64,000 bases of DNA from a virus. Its lineage: Duplodnaviria; Caudoviricetes. The stretch covers positions 20,210-84,209 of the IMG/VR virus record IMGVR_UViG_3300023194_000002, one strand, 5' to 3'. Below, piece by piece: positions 26,269 through 37,900 of the stretch. Each line of letters starts with the position of its first letter. Positions within the stretch are counted from its first letter, which is position 1. The notes beneath the pieces are model-generated. The model made no database searches and was not told the DNA's origin. It worked only from the letters and a program-made list of their open reading frames with translations. Position numbers and translations under genes: made by a program.

Positions 26269-27940
26269 TAAATGATTTCGTGTGGTTAGGTCGGGGAACG
26301 TCCCTGGTTTCGGTGGACACTTCAGTGGACACTTTCCCCTGCCTCAGTATCTGCTCCAGCGCCGCGCGGATGTTGTCGCGCCGCGCATGTGGATAGGCTG
26401 CGAGAATGGTGTCCAGTGGATCCGGCGCTGTCTCGGATTGTGCCCTGGATGGCTGCACACCAGCGGCCAGCTGGGCCTTGGCATCCGTCGTCACGCTGGC
26501 GTAGCGATCCTGCGTCACCTTGACGTCGCTGTGGCCGATGAACTCGCTGACGTCGCGGATATCCCAGCGCACGCCCCATGTCCCTGAGAGCAGATGCGTC
26601 GCGGCCGTGTCACGAAAATCGTGGAAGCGGCGACGGTTTTCAATGCCGAGCTTCGTGACCCATCCGGGCTTGATTCTGCGCTCGCGGGTCACTGGGTCGC
26701 GGTAGGGGGTGTCCGTCCATCCAAAATCATAGCCACACGCGAACATGCGATCGCGCAGCTCGTAACGACGATCGGCGCGCGCGCGCGCTTCCGATCGAAG
26801 TACCTCGATATGATGGAGATTGGTCGCAAACCCGTCTGCCTGAGCGCGTGCGAGTAAATCGCGATTCGTCAGGTCGGGGTGACGCGTCACATATTTGGCC
26901 AACTCCCCGAGCGCGCGTTTTGGCGCCGCATCGGACGCCGCGAATATGAGTCCTGTGCCAGGCTCCCCTTTGTGTTGCCACCAGCGGTGCAGCAGACGCG
27001 CAGCCATCGGAATCAGCGCCTGGATGCGGTCCTGTCCATTTTTTGTCTCGTCGTGCCAGCTCGTCTCTACGAGCCACACCTGCCCGGTCCAGTCGGGCGC
27101 CTGTGTCCACTCGACACGATTCCAGCTGTGACGCGGGCCGGCAGGTGCAATGCGCTCCCAGCGCTGGCTGACGATCTCACCCTTGCGTAGGCCCTGCATG
27201 ACCGTGACCGAGAGCGCGACGCGATAGAAAAACGGCACGTGCTCGCACTCGACCAACTGCTCGAGGTCATGCCGTGGAATGCCTGTGCGATCGGCGCATG
27301 CCTCACAGTAAAAGATCCGATCGCAGTCGCTTTGCGGCAAAAAGTCTAACCGTGTGCGGCTGCGCTTCTCCGCCTTGGTGCGAAGGCGACCGGTGAGTTT
27401 GTGGCGCTTGTTTGGGAGCTCGACGCCCTCAGCGGGATTACTGTCAATCAGACGTGGCGAGCGCTGTTTGGCTGCGTTTAACGCCGTGCGAACGATCGAC
27501 AACGCCTGCTTTGCGTAACTGCGGGCTATGGGCGCGTTGAGCGTCACCAGCGTTCGTTCACCGCGATGCAGCTCGGAGCGCGTAGCGGGTATAGTGGGCA
27601 ACACATTCGACCACGCGGTCACGTCGTCTGGCGTGATGTCCTCGATCGGGAAGTCGAGGAACGGACACGAGCGTGCGATTAGCGCGTCCCATGTGCTGCG
27701 ATAGCTATGCGAGTAGTCATGATCCTTGAGCCAGACCTCACCCCACTGACGCAGGGTGATCCCAGCGTTCACGTCATTCGACTGCGCGATCGCTTCGCGC
27801 GTGAGCTTCGCCTCCTCTTCGGAGTCGAAGAACTTCGACACGTCGCGCCCGTTGCTACGGATGCGCAGTCGCCACTTTTGTTTTTGAGGGTCCCAGGATA
27901 CCGACCCTGCGCCGTGACGGCGTCTATTAGAGCCGGTCAT
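26243..27940 (-). CDS. int: Tyrosine integrase
   Basis: N-terminal arm-binding motif (GSVSWDPQKQKWRLRIR); GLRKGE, HDFRDT, GHSD and RYA catalytic motifs. Confidence 0.93.
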   Translation of the reverse strand: MTGSNRRRHGAGSVSWDPQKQKWRLRIRSNGRDVSKFFDSEEEAKLTREAIAQSNDVNAGITLRQWGEVWLKDHDYSHSYRSTWDALIARSCPFLDFPIEDITPDDVTAWSNVLPTIPATRSELHRGERTLVTLNAPIARSYAKQALSIVRTALNAAKQRSPRLIDSNPAEGVELPNKRHKLTGRLRTKAEKRSRTRLDFLPQSDCDRIFYCEACADRTGIPRHDLEQLVECEHVPFFYRVALSVTVMQGLRKGEIVSQRWERIAPAGPRHSWNRVEWTQAPDWTGQVWLVETSWHDETKNGQDRIQALIPMAARLLHRWWQHKGEPGTGLIFAASDAAPKRALGELAKYVTRHPDLTNRDLLARAQADGFATNLHHIEVLRSEARARADRRYELRDRMFACGYDFGWTDTPYRDPVTRERRIKPGWVTKLGIENRRRFHDFRDTAATHLLSGTWGVRWDIRDVSEFIGHSDVKVTQDRYASVTTDAKAQLAAGVQPSRAQSETAPDPLDTILAAYPHARRDNIRAALEQILRQGKVSTEVSTETRDVPRPNHTKSFSSGTRTRT

Positions 27941-27949
27941 TGGGCGCGC

Positions 27950-28171
27950 TTATTTACCGCGAGCGAGTAGGGTGCGGGCATGAGCAAAGTGTCGCTCTTG
28001 AGGTTGCTCTGTTTGGGCAAGAGATTCTTCGCGCAGCTTTCGCCGGCGAGTCGCCCGTCGCTTGCCGTTCTTCACGATCTTCTCGCTGCGCTGAGCGAGC
28101 AGTTGCTTCAGCATGCCCTGGATATCCGCGAGCACGCGCAGGACTTCGGGGTCCGTGGTTGGGCCGCTCAT
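27950..28171 (-). CDS. Small basic hypothetical protein
   Basis: 73 aa directly upstream of int; ATGA overlap with the HNH gene. Confidence 0.5.
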   Translation of the reverse strand: MSGPTTDPEVLRVLADIQGMLKQLLAQRSEKIVKNGKRRATRRRKLREESLAQTEQPQERHFAHARTLLARGK

Positions 28172-28842
28172 AAGTGAAGCTCCAATGAACGAGACGACTT
28201 GCCGAGATTGCAGTCCTGGCATGCGGTTGTTAGGTTCGACGGCTCGTTTGTCCCGCCGTCCTTTCGAGAACGAACGTGATCCACGTGTAGAGTCGCGCCT
28301 GGAGCTGCTCGCCCGCAGTACCTGCATCGAAAGTTGTCGCGCTTCAGAATATCGAAACGCAATCGCTTAGACAGCGCCGGTGCGGCTTTCAGCCTAGCGT
28401 CGGGCTCCGGTTCTTCACGCAGCGCCTTTGCCTGAGACGAAACGATTTCGCGCATTCGGCTCGCAACGATAAAAGCTGTCTCCTTTGAATCCGGATGACC
28501 GTCGTCATAGATTCCAGTCGACATAACAAATCGCCGTTTGGCGCCTTCAACATCGAGATACCAGAACTCCGCCTGCCATTTAGGAGATCGGGCTCTACGG
28601 AATAAGCGAGCTTCGGACGGCGGCTCCTTGCATTGCATCCCAGCAACTATCAGACGCGGAGTTCTGGCGTGAGCGTTGCCGTTTGCATAGTCATGCAGCG
28701 CAGCCTCGCTGACGCGCCAACCTACCCCCGGTATTTTTCGCCCGCCTAGCTGACGCATCACCGCGTATGCAGCAGTGCGGCCACAAGCCATCGCTCGCAT
28801 CACGACATCTGGACCAACTAGGCGGGGTGTGCTGACGCTCAT
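28168..28842 (-). CDS. Xis-like HTH + integrase-arm-like segment + HNH endonuclease
   Basis: CGRTAAYAVMR...GWRVSEAAL; LFRRARSPKWQAEFWY...STG; RFDILKRDNFRCRYCG...HVDHV...NLTTACQDCNLGK. Confidence 0.75.
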   Translation of the reverse strand: MSVSTPRLVGPDVVMRAMACGRTAAYAVMRQLGGRKIPGVGWRVSEAALHDYANGNAHARTPRLIVAGMQCKEPPSEARLFRRARSPKWQAEFWYLDVEGAKRRFVMSTGIYDDGHPDSKETAFIVASRMREIVSSQAKALREEPEPDARLKAAPALSKRLRFDILKRDNFRCRYCGRAAPGATLHVDHVRSRKDGGTNEPSNLTTACQDCNLGKSSRSLELHL

Positions 28843-28900
28843 TGGCTAACTCGCATCCGGATGCACGAAGTTGAGCGCAGTCGCCGCGCACCGTGTCCGC

Positions 28901-31436
28901 TCACGACTTCTCCTCCGGTTCGGCTAGACCTAGAACCTCGGCCTCGCCTGCTGCGCGATAGGCGTCGGCCAGGGCTTCCTGTGCCTCCGACAGATGCTGC
29001 GCCATCTTGACGAGCGAGCGACGAAGGTTCTGTATCCTGTCTATGATATCGCCTGCGGGATCCTCGCACACCACCGCGAGAGCAAGCGCACTGAGCTCAG
29101 CTAGAGCGATGCGATACTGATCCTCGCCATGTGTCACACGGTTGATGGCTATTGATATTTTCGATCTCATGGCCACTCGCCCTTCACCGCGAGTTCGAAG
29201 GCGCGCTTTGACATCCGCTCGCCCTGATAGGTTTTCGCGACCTCTTTCCAGGCCGCTGCGCTGAGCACGGTGGTGACGCGCACGGTGTAGCTGCCGTCTG
29301 CGTTGCGGATTCGCTGCACCATGCGCCCACGCTTGCTGTGCTCGTCAAGGATAGTCGCGGCTAGAGAAACTCTGCCGCGCTCGGGGGTTAGGCTCTTCAC
29401 GGCTTCGCCTCTGAAGCTTCGAGCATGTCGCGCACCAGATAGGCGGTCTGGAGCAGCGTACTTGCGCAGCGCTGCTCCAGATTCATCGTGTGAGCGCTGA
29501 GCGCGCCTGTAGCGCGGTAGAACTCGTGCGCGGCACTGAGCAGCGCCTCCAGCGCCTTCTTTGCTTCGGGACTCATCGCCCACGCCTCGCAGCTGCACGA
29601 CGCTGCTTCCGGTTGAGTTTGGATGCGTTTGGTGCGCCCGGAAGCGCTTGGCCGCGACGGCGAATCTCATTCGCAACCGTATTAATCGCACTCTGCAGTT
29701 CGATATTGAAGAAGTAGTTCATGCGACAGTGCTCCATTCGCCGTGACGCACGGCTGACTTCGGCACAAGAGCCTCTTGTCCAGGCTCAAGCCATCGATTG
29801 CGACCAGCTAGCCGCGTTCGCGTGATGGCGCGAATACGAAACATGCATGGCGTCATCCCAACCGTAATAACCTTGGTGGAAGACGATCCGTGCCAGCCTG
29901 AAATCACGAGATATGAGTAGACGGGCGTCATGGCTCCGCAAGCTCCCAGCGCTCATGAGCCCAGTAGCCGCCATCTGCCAACAGTCCGTCAGCACTTCCT
30001 AGATCACTCCACGGCGTGAACCGGCCGACGCAGTCATCGCAGAGCACACCATCGATGTGACGCATGCGCGTGCCGATCAGGTCCTTCACCTCAGAGCGCA
30101 CGCACCGGATCGTGCGCCCAGCAGCAAGCTGCTCGTTCGCCCACGCCAAGCCGTGTCCGTCAGTGGGCATCCCGGGCTCTGACTGTTTGACGGGCTCAGG
30201 CTTCGTGCGTGAAATAACGGTAAATCTGCAATTGGCATAACACGCCAAAAACAGCTCGCGCTGAGTGAGCCTACGGGGCGACACGCCGGTGTTGTGCGGA
30301 AGCTCTCGCCACTCCCGGTCATATCGATCCAGCCCCCACAGTACACCGCTGCGAAGCTCGAAGCTGTCGCCTAACCGGTGCGAGATGCCAGCGCGCTCAT
30401 TCACAGCGTCTACGCACACGCGAGCACCCCGCTGAATCCATTGCCAAGCGCGACCAGGCCCATGCACACAGCTGCACTCGTGGTGACCGCAGCTGAAGCA
30501 TACAGCGAAGTCATCGCCCAGCGCAGCGCGCCGGCGACCCTCGTCGACGAGTCGTATGCCCACAGGCGCGAGTTCCAAGCGCTTCGCGCTGATGGCTCTG
30601 CGGCTCGCGAGCCGTGCCATATTCCAACCGTCTCTTACTGATTTATTCATCGCTCAATCTCCATATGCATAGGAAAACACGGAACGACACAAATCCAAAC
30701 GTGCAGCACGTTGGCGCGAAGCTCCCAATACGCGCCGACCCACAAGTCCGCGGCCTTGAACTCGATGCGCGCTTTCACAGGCAACTCCCGTGTGAAGCGG
30801 CAACCACGCGGCCGCATTTTCCGCAGATGGTCTCTCTGCAGACGTCGCATTCGTAGCAATCGTTAGATCGCATGACCTGCCAATCCTCAGACCCGATGCA
30901 TGAGCAGTCGGGCCGAGAAATGTCGACGCCGTGTTGGCATTGCGCGTCTTCTTCCGCGCTCATACCGCTAACTCCAGTTGGCGGTATGAGCGCATATGTC
31001 ATGAGAGCGTCCGCGCGAAGCGGCGTCTCATGCGTCGGATCGTCGTCCGTATAGCACGTCGCAATAAGCTGAATGCCGTTATGGTAGATATGAGTGATGG
31101 TGCCGTGAGACGTATTCGTGACACCGTCACCGTCGACCCAAGTCCAGTGAACCCGCGTTCCCGCTGGGTCTGACTCTCGCAGCGGTCGCTCGATCATATC
31201 AATGCTCATCGGTTGGTCTCCGCTTTCCGCTGAAGCTCAATGAAGGCCACAATCAGCTTGTTGCAGATATTCTGCATGAGTTTTTCTGTTGATAACGCTG
31301 AGTGCATAGGAATGCATTCTTCCTGCGTCAAGAAGAAGCGATATCCCCACTTGCCTTCGTCGGTGATGACATCAACTATGTACACAATGTCGGCATCGAC
31401 TTTGTCCAACATCGGACGCCTAACATGGACCTTCAT
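28901..31436 (-). other. Cluster of short, translationally coupled early hypothetical genes (28901-29176, 29719-29931, 29928-30650, 30647-30859, 30775-31209, 31206-31436)
   Basis: Chain of minus-strand ORFs with ATGA/GTGA overlaps; no family recognised. Confidence 0.55.
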
Positions 31437-31861
31437 CGCTCCAGCTCCATGTATTGCGCGTGCATCGCGCGGATAACGTCATCAGGCACCCGCGCTACTC
31501 CGGTGCGCTGCGCGTTGCGGTGCAGGCACAGGTCGAGGTCTAGCGAGTCGTCGAAGTACATCCAGCGCAGCGGAACCCCGCACGTGCTCGCCAATAGTTC
31601 CATATGGAGGCGCGCTGCGGCTGATAGGTTTGTGTTGTCGACTAACAGAGAGTTTCCCGTTTCAATCGCTCGTTTGGCGAGAAAGGTAGTTATATCCACC
31701 AGTAGCGTCGCCGCCATCTCACTACGAACCAGGCCTAACATCTCGCCTAGCTCATCGTTGTTGAGCCGCAGGTAGCTGGGGTTCGCCGCAATGAGCTCCC
31801 GCGCAAACGTGGTCTTGCCGCTGCCGGGGATGCCGCACAGCGCTAGTATTTCTTGGGTCAT
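31433..31861 (-). CDS. P-loop kinase (AAA_33 / polynucleotide-kinase-like)
   Basis: LCGIPGSGKTT, LLVDNTN, CLHRNAQR...VPDDVIRAM. Confidence 0.85.
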   Translation of the reverse strand: MTQEILALCGIPGSGKTTFARELIAANPSYLRLNNDELGEMLGLVRSEMAATLLVDITTFLAKRAIETGNSLLVDNTNLSAAARLHMELLASTCGVPLRWMYFDDSLDLDLCLHRNAQRTGVARVPDDVIRAMHAQYMELER

Positions 31862-32148
31862 AACGTCTTAGCTCCCTTCCTCAAATTGCAAACCTCGTGC
31901 GTGGTCCGAAGATTACGGACCTCATCACCGCCGCCGCGGATCCACGGCCAACGGTGATCCACGTGCAGATCGCTCCACTGCACGTGGCCACCGCACAAGT
32001 AGCAGCGCGCGCCGTCGCGCAAGTACACTAGCTTGCGCGTGCTATCAGACAGCGGCTTGCGCCGCACGAGCCCCAAGCGCCGCGGAATGCTGCGTAGGAG
32101 GTCTCGTGCGGCGATGCGTGTGATGGCATATGGAGACAGCGAGTTCAT
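31858..32148 (-). CDS. HNH endonuclease
   Basis: RDGARCYLCG...HVDHRWPWIRGGGDEVRNLRTTHEVCNLRKGAK. Confidence 0.85.
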   Translation of the reverse strand: MNSLSPYAITRIAARDLLRSIPRRLGLVRRKPLSDSTRKLVYLRDGARCYLCGGHVQWSDLHVDHRWPWIRGGGDEVRNLRTTHEVCNLRKGAKTL

Positions 32149-33365
32149 TCGCACTGCTCCGCGATGCGGCGTATAGCGTCGGCCTGTTCCGATAGACACT
32201 TCCGGTGCCGCTGTCGACCTGTCACATCCGGGCATCTGTATGTGTCAGCGCTTTCGTCGATGATAGCAAAGCTGGGGTTTGTGCACGACTCGGCATCTGA
32301 GTCGCCGGGGTTTACCGCGACATGCGCGTAGAATGGGCACCCGCCGCATTCGATATCGGTTGGCGCGTCGAACACTAATAGCAATTTGCTCACGGGTGGA
32401 ACCCCTCTTCTTTCGTCTTCAAGTAGACCAACATGCCAGGCAGGTGCAGTTCGAGCGCCCCCCGAGTGTTCTCGGCTTTTGCGATGCGCATGCGCAGCAG
32501 CTCCATATCAGTGCTATCGATCTCGGCCTGTACGGCGAGCAGTGCGATTTGCGCGATGTCGGACTGCAGGGCAGTCACGCGTTTGCGGGCCTGTTCAATG
32601 GAGTCCTTTTCGTCGTTCACAGCGCATCCTCCACGCGCGCGAGTGTGCGGTCGCAGTCCTCATTGTATTCGCGGCCGTCCTCTAAGATGGCCGCAACCGA
32701 GCTCAGTACGACAGACGCGCGCTGCAGCGTATCGGCGCTGCGCTCAGCCTGCACGCACACGGGCAAGCGCTTGCCATCTCCACCCAATAGCTCGCCCTGG
32801 CCTACGCCAGAGGTGCACCATTCTTTCGCCTGGTCATACAGCAAATGGGGGCAGTGGTTGCAGTCGGTGCCTATAGCATCCCCCAAATCAATTTCTACCA
32901 ACAGCTTCCGTTTGGTCACTGATTGGACTCCATAACCATTGAGTAAAACTCCACCACCTTACAAAAAGCGCGAACGTCCAGGCCACCACCTCTGGCGTGG
33001 TGTGCAAACGTCTCCGACAGAAGCATTGATACGACGCCACCTGCGTCACTCTCCGTTCCAGCCCCGTCTTCCCGAAATGCATTTAGCTTTGTGCAGAACT
33101 CAGAAAGTTCACCGTTCAGCAGCTCGCCGGAAACCGTCCCGCGTACGCGATCAATCCCAAGAAAAATACGACTCGCATGGTTTCTATAGCAATCGATCCT
33201 GTTGTCGAAAGCGTCTGACTCAACCACTGCGCTGGATTCGTTTTTGTTTGTCACAAGCACAACTCCTTGTTGGTAGCTGTCGTAAATAAATGAGCGGTAT
33301 TGTTTGCCGCCGCTCTCGGACCCTTGCCGTGCCCAGCCACGCCCTGTCTGGCCCCACCGAGCCAC
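32145..33365 (-). other. Short Cys-rich and coiled-coil hypothetical genes (32145-32393, 32390-32620, 32617-32919, 32916-33365)
   Basis: Coupled ORF chain; 32145 and 32617 share an IxxGxxCxxCP motif. Confidence 0.5.
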
Positions 33366-33710
33366 GTCAAAATCGAATCTATTGTCCCATCTCAGCGTCT
33401 ACGCGCTGGCTCGGACGGAGTCACATACTCATATCTCATATATCCAAGAGCACGCCGCTCCATTTCCGCGGCTTGCTCGGGGGTGGGTTGCTTTCGCGGT
33501 TGCTCCACGCCACACAGGGTGAGTAGCCAGATGATGAGGTTCACTTCCACCCTGCTTCTGAGGCTTTTATTAGCTCAGCGAGTTGCATCGACTCGTGCAG
33601 CGCCTTTGCGTGGTTGTACAGCGTCACACGGTCACCGGCCTTAAATACGGCCATGAGGTCATCGAGTGCAGAGATTACGGCTTCTACGCACTCCGTCGCG
33701 AGTGCGTCGT

Positions 33711-34022
33711 TCACGGCTGCGACTCCGCTTCGGTGATCGAGTCGAAAACCGCATCACCCTCAGTCATGATGCGGACGGCCACGCACGCGACCTGCTTAGC
33801 CTCCTCTCTGATTTCCGCATGCGGTTTGTTCTGCAGATATGCCTGCGCGAGTTCGCCCACCTCCTCCATCAACGCTGTGAGCAGGAAGCGGTTGCCTGGA
33901 AACTTGGCGCGTGCGCGCTGGATTTCCGCGTACACATTGCCCAGCGCGAAGTGCGTGTCGATATCCGTGCACTCGCGCATCTTGGCGTCAAGGATTTCGC
34001 CGAGCAGGTGATCGCTGCTCAT
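33711..34022 (-). CDS. MazG-like nucleotide pyrophosphohydrolase
   Basis: ALMEEVGELAQA...IREEAKQVACVAVR. Confidence 0.7.
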   Translation of the reverse strand: MSSDHLLGEILDAKMRECTDIDTHFALGNVYAEIQRARAKFPGNRFLLTALMEEVGELAQAYLQNKPHAEIREEAKQVACVAVRIMTEGDAVFDSITEAESQP

Positions 34023-36152
34023 GACAGCTCCGTATGGCCGTTGCTGACGCCTGTAGCCTCGGGCTTCGGCTTGCGACCTGGTTTACGCCCAGGTTTGGCC
34101 TTGGGCTTCTCTGGGGCCTGCGCGCGCCGCGCACGCAGCACACTGAGACGCGCCTCAGTCTCCTGCTCGCGATGGGCCAGCTCGGTCTCAACGCGTGCCG
34201 TGTGTTCGTTGAGCTCGTCGTCTTCTGCGAGTTGCACGAGTCGCCCTAACAGCGCGTCGCGCTGCTCGCGGCTGCCGAGAAGCTTCTCGGCGTACTCGTT
34301 CAGCTGGTCAACGGATTCATCGCTCATTGCGTCACCTCAATAATCCGGTCTGGTGTCAGCCAGGCCTCGACATCGCGGCCGAGTAGGTTGCGCCGTCTGC
34401 CGAGCACGATGCCGTAGTCACCGTTCATTCCGCGCATGATGACGGTCGCGGTCTTTCCGGCGAAGCGATCGCTGGTGCCGTGCTTGGGGTTTCTGATCTT
34501 TACGTGTTGCGGTGTTGACATATCAGTTGAATCCGATTCTCCGAGCGCTGGGACGCGCCGGGGTTGAGGTTGCTGGTTTTGCGTAGAGAAGAGTCCGCAG
34601 CCCTAGCTGCAGCGCTGCGCGTGAGATGGCCGCATGTATCGCGCGATCCTGCAGCACACCGAGGTAGTAACGGTGGACGGTTAGGACGCCGCACCCTGCG
34701 ATCGCGGCTATGCGCTGGCGGTCAAGCGCGCTCGGCATCGGTGGTCTCCTGCTTGGGTGCGGGGAGTAGGATACGAGCGCGTTGTGAGTCGTACCGGACC
34801 CCTTTCAAAACCTGATCTGCGACGCCCCCGTCAAATGCGCATAGCTCTCGACATAGGCGGGTACCGCGCTCTTCGAGTTCATTTGCGACGCCAGCGGACT
34901 CACTCACGCCTAAGACTTCGACGTGTGCCTCAAGGTCGCCGTAGTTGTTGATGTATGCGCGTGACGCGAGGACAACGAACATCTCAGACGGTGTGGATGG
35001 CGCGGTCGAAGTGGTTGTCAGCTCCTCAATACGTTGACTGAGCGTCTCGCGCTCAGACTCTAGCTCGGCAATCCTCTTGTTGAACGTGCCACGCTCAGCG
35101 CGTAGCCGCCGGATCTCCTCCGAAGCAGCGAGCATCGTGTCGGAGCCCTCTCTAAGCTTGGCGCGCTCAACTAGCCGAGCGATTGCCTGGGATAGATTGT
35201 CTCCGGTTTGCGCCCGCGCCTCTTTGAGCCACTGGTTTTCGAGCTCCACAAACCGTCGGTACACCTCCGCAAGCGCGCGTAAATGTACGTTATCAGGATC
35301 ATGATCTGCGCGCTGTAGCGCAGCGTCTAGCTGTTCTTGGGTATACGCATTGTCCATCATCGTCGTCCGTTGCCGGCGTCTTTCTTGCCTCCGAAGAGGA
35401 GGGCGTCAACGACGTGCCCAATGACTACGCCGACTAGTAACCAAATCAGCAGCATATCAGCCATCCTTTGTTTTTGGGGTCCATGTGTAGACCTCCAAAT
35501 ACCCAAGTTGCCGTTTGTTGAGTTCTGCCAACGCGGCCTGCGATGGCTGCTTTGGCGGCTTTTTGTGCTCGTTCTCCACGGCTTTAGCCGTGGCTATGAG
35601 CGCCGCTATCACTGTCAGCATGTGTTAGTCCTGTTTGCACGCGGCTTGTGGGGCCGCGGTCCTGTGGGGTTTGCCAGCTATCGCTCCGAGCGCAGTGATG
35701 CCGATGAGTAGTACGAGGATGAGCTTCGCGGTGAACATCGCCGCGTCTATCACCGCGTCCATCGCCCCCTTCGTGGGCATCGAGTATTCGCGGTGCTCAT
35801 CGCGCTGCTGGTGCGACGGTATATATGCAGTTCGTTCCGGACTTACGCGACGACTGCTAATGACGCGCGCCAGCAACGGAGCGTGACGCGTTTCCGTGAA
35901 TTCAGCGTCAATGATGCCTGGGTCATGTCTTACAATCTTTTTCATCGCGTCGCCTCCGCCCAGAGCGCGGTGCATTCCTTCAGCTGATGCGCCTGCGCTC
36001 CGTTCACTGCGGTGACGTATAGGTTCCACAGCGTGAGCACCATCCCGAACAGCCACAGAAACTTGAACATACGCTTCTCGACGCGCAGGCTCTTTTCGAG
36101 CTCTGCTATGTGGTTTCTTAGAAATTGTTCGTAGTCGTCTCCCATGTCTCAA
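34019..36152 (-). other. Hypothetical early genes (34019-34327, 34324-34521, 34523-34738, 34722-35360, 35942-36145)
   Basis: Coupled minus-strand ORFs; no family recognised. Confidence 0.5.
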
Positions 36153-36584
36153 CTCCTATCCGAATCACCGTCAGCATGTGTTAGCCCCGCTTATGCTTTT
36201 CGCGCGCTGCCATGTATTCATCCCGCGCTTCTGCGCAGTTGTCCCAAGCCTCCATGAACTCGTCTTTGGTTTCGGCGCAAACGTCAACCCGGTTGAACTC
36301 GACGAAAGCGTCTGCAAACTTGTCCGCTGACTTCAGTAACTTATCAAACAGTCCCATGTCTCAACTCCTATCCGAGACGCACGAATCCGAGCGCTCGAAG
36401 CGCAGCACCGCGGCGCAGTCAGCATGGGGGTCGCTTCCCCGCGCTACTCGTTCGGTGCTGCGCTTCCAGCGTTAGGAAGCGTACCTGTTAGATTGTCGGC
36501 CGCTGCGCGTGGTTTTGCGAGGGGCACCCTTTCTTGTTTTGCCACGCGCAGCAGCCCGGCCCCGCGTTGGTGCGGGGGTACGTT

Positions 36585-37868
36585 TTATTCGAGCGCGTCC
36601 GCCGCGTCGTCCTGCGGCGAGCTCTCACCATCGAGAGCCTGCTCGGCGGCTGCAGCCTCCAGCTGCTGGAATGCCGCCTCTGCGGCCTGCAGCGTGGCCT
36701 GGACCTGGCCCTTCAGGTGCGCGGTCAGGCCTGGCTTCTGAATCTCCGTCTCATAATGAGAGATGTAATTGCCGAGCTGATCTAGGGCGAGCTCGGAGAG
36801 TGGCCTTCCCGCGACGGCCTTGTCTGGATAGCCCTTGGCCGCAAGGGGTTGAGCGCGTCGTGTTGCCGGCGCCTGAGTCGACGTCTGCGACTGTGCAGGA
36901 GCCGCGGCGGATTGCTGCTGTGGCTCTGTCGCGGGCGCTGCATCTGCTGCTGACACTGGTGTGGACTGGACCGCTGCAGCGAGCTCGTCTACGCGCTGAT
37001 CGCCGCTCTCTAGCTGCGCGGGTGTGTCCACGATGGATGCGTCATCGTCATCCACCCGCAAACCCTGCGCGGCCAGGGCATTGGCAACGACAGGATCGAC
37101 AGTGGACGCGGTAAACTGTGCGCGCCCATCCTCGGCAGCAAGGTCCACCGCAATCGCGCGTGACAGTTCAACGCTCTTCGTCATCCAGGTCCACAGTGCC
37201 CGGACGGCGGTCTTTCGGAACATGGCCTCCTCGTCCGTATCCCATGGGGTCTGAAAGTCCTTTTCGCGAGCCTGCTGCACGTTCGAACTCCGGTCTCTGC
37301 GCGCAAACACCTGTCCGCGCGTAAGGCATTCAAACTGCGGATTGTCCGGATAGTCGCGGTGCACGGCCACCGCATAGACGTGCGTGATCGGATGCTGCTC
37401 GTAGTCATCAGCGTCGGACGGCTCGTGAATAAGGTCCTTTCGCAGACCCAATGTCCTCTTGAATAGGTCGCCCTCGCGCACGACGTGCGCGTAGACGCGG
37501 GCTCCGGCTCGGCTGCCGAGCTCAATAAAACCCTGATAGCCAATCTGCATCGTGCACTCGAGTACGCGCTTCTTTCCATTCCACCGAGGAATGAGATACG
37601 CGTGTCCCAGTGGAGTGTTAGCCTCAAGCCCGAGCTGCGACAGTTGCATGACGCAGCCGAGGAAACTCACAGGCGTGCACTGCTGCAGCTTTTCGTTGCT
37701 GTTTAGCGCCGTGACGAACAACCGCGTCATGCGGTCGGCCGTCACGTGCTTCGGCAGCGCCATGGCAATCTGGCTCTGCATTTTGAGCAGCATGTCTGAC
37801 AGCTTCGGCTGTGACGCCGAGGTCTGTCGCTTCTGGATCTGTCCCGTGGCATCCGTACGAGGTGCCAT
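36585..37868 (-). CDS. recT: RecT single-strand annealing protein
   Basis: ALPKHVTADRMTR, CTPVSFLGCVMQLSQLGLE...GHAYLIPR, QIGYQGFIEL, PWDTDEEAMFRKT. Confidence 0.93.
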   Translation of the reverse strand: MAPRTDATGQIQKRQTSASQPKLSDMLLKMQSQIAMALPKHVTADRMTRLFVTALNSNEKLQQCTPVSFLGCVMQLSQLGLEANTPLGHAYLIPRWNGKKRVLECTMQIGYQGFIELGSRAGARVYAHVVREGDLFKRTLGLRKDLIHEPSDADDYEQHPITHVYAVAVHRDYPDNPQFECLTRGQVFARRDRSSNVQQAREKDFQTPWDTDEEAMFRKTAVRALWTWMTKSVELSRAIAVDLAAEDGRAQFTASTVDPVVANALAAQGLRVDDDDASIVDTPAQLESGDQRVDELAAAVQSTPVSAADAAPATEPQQQSAAAPAQSQTSTQAPATRRAQPLAAKGYPDKAVAGRPLSELALDQLGNYISHYETEIQKPGLTAHLKGQVQATLQAAEAAFQQLEAAAAEQALDGESSPQDDAADALE

Positions 37869-37900
37869 ATCTAGTGCCTCCTAAATCAAATAGTAAGGTG

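Noticed and set aside
26195-26270. Complete tRNA-Asn gene
   Set aside because: Only the anticodon loop to the acceptor 3' strand is present; the upstream sequence cannot pair with TCGAA or TTCCGGA and there is no D-arm or CCA, so it is an att core
33326-33362. Pentamer GCC-type repeat run
   Set aside because: Short, degenerate and of a kind common in phage intergenic or N-terminal regions; no supportable function
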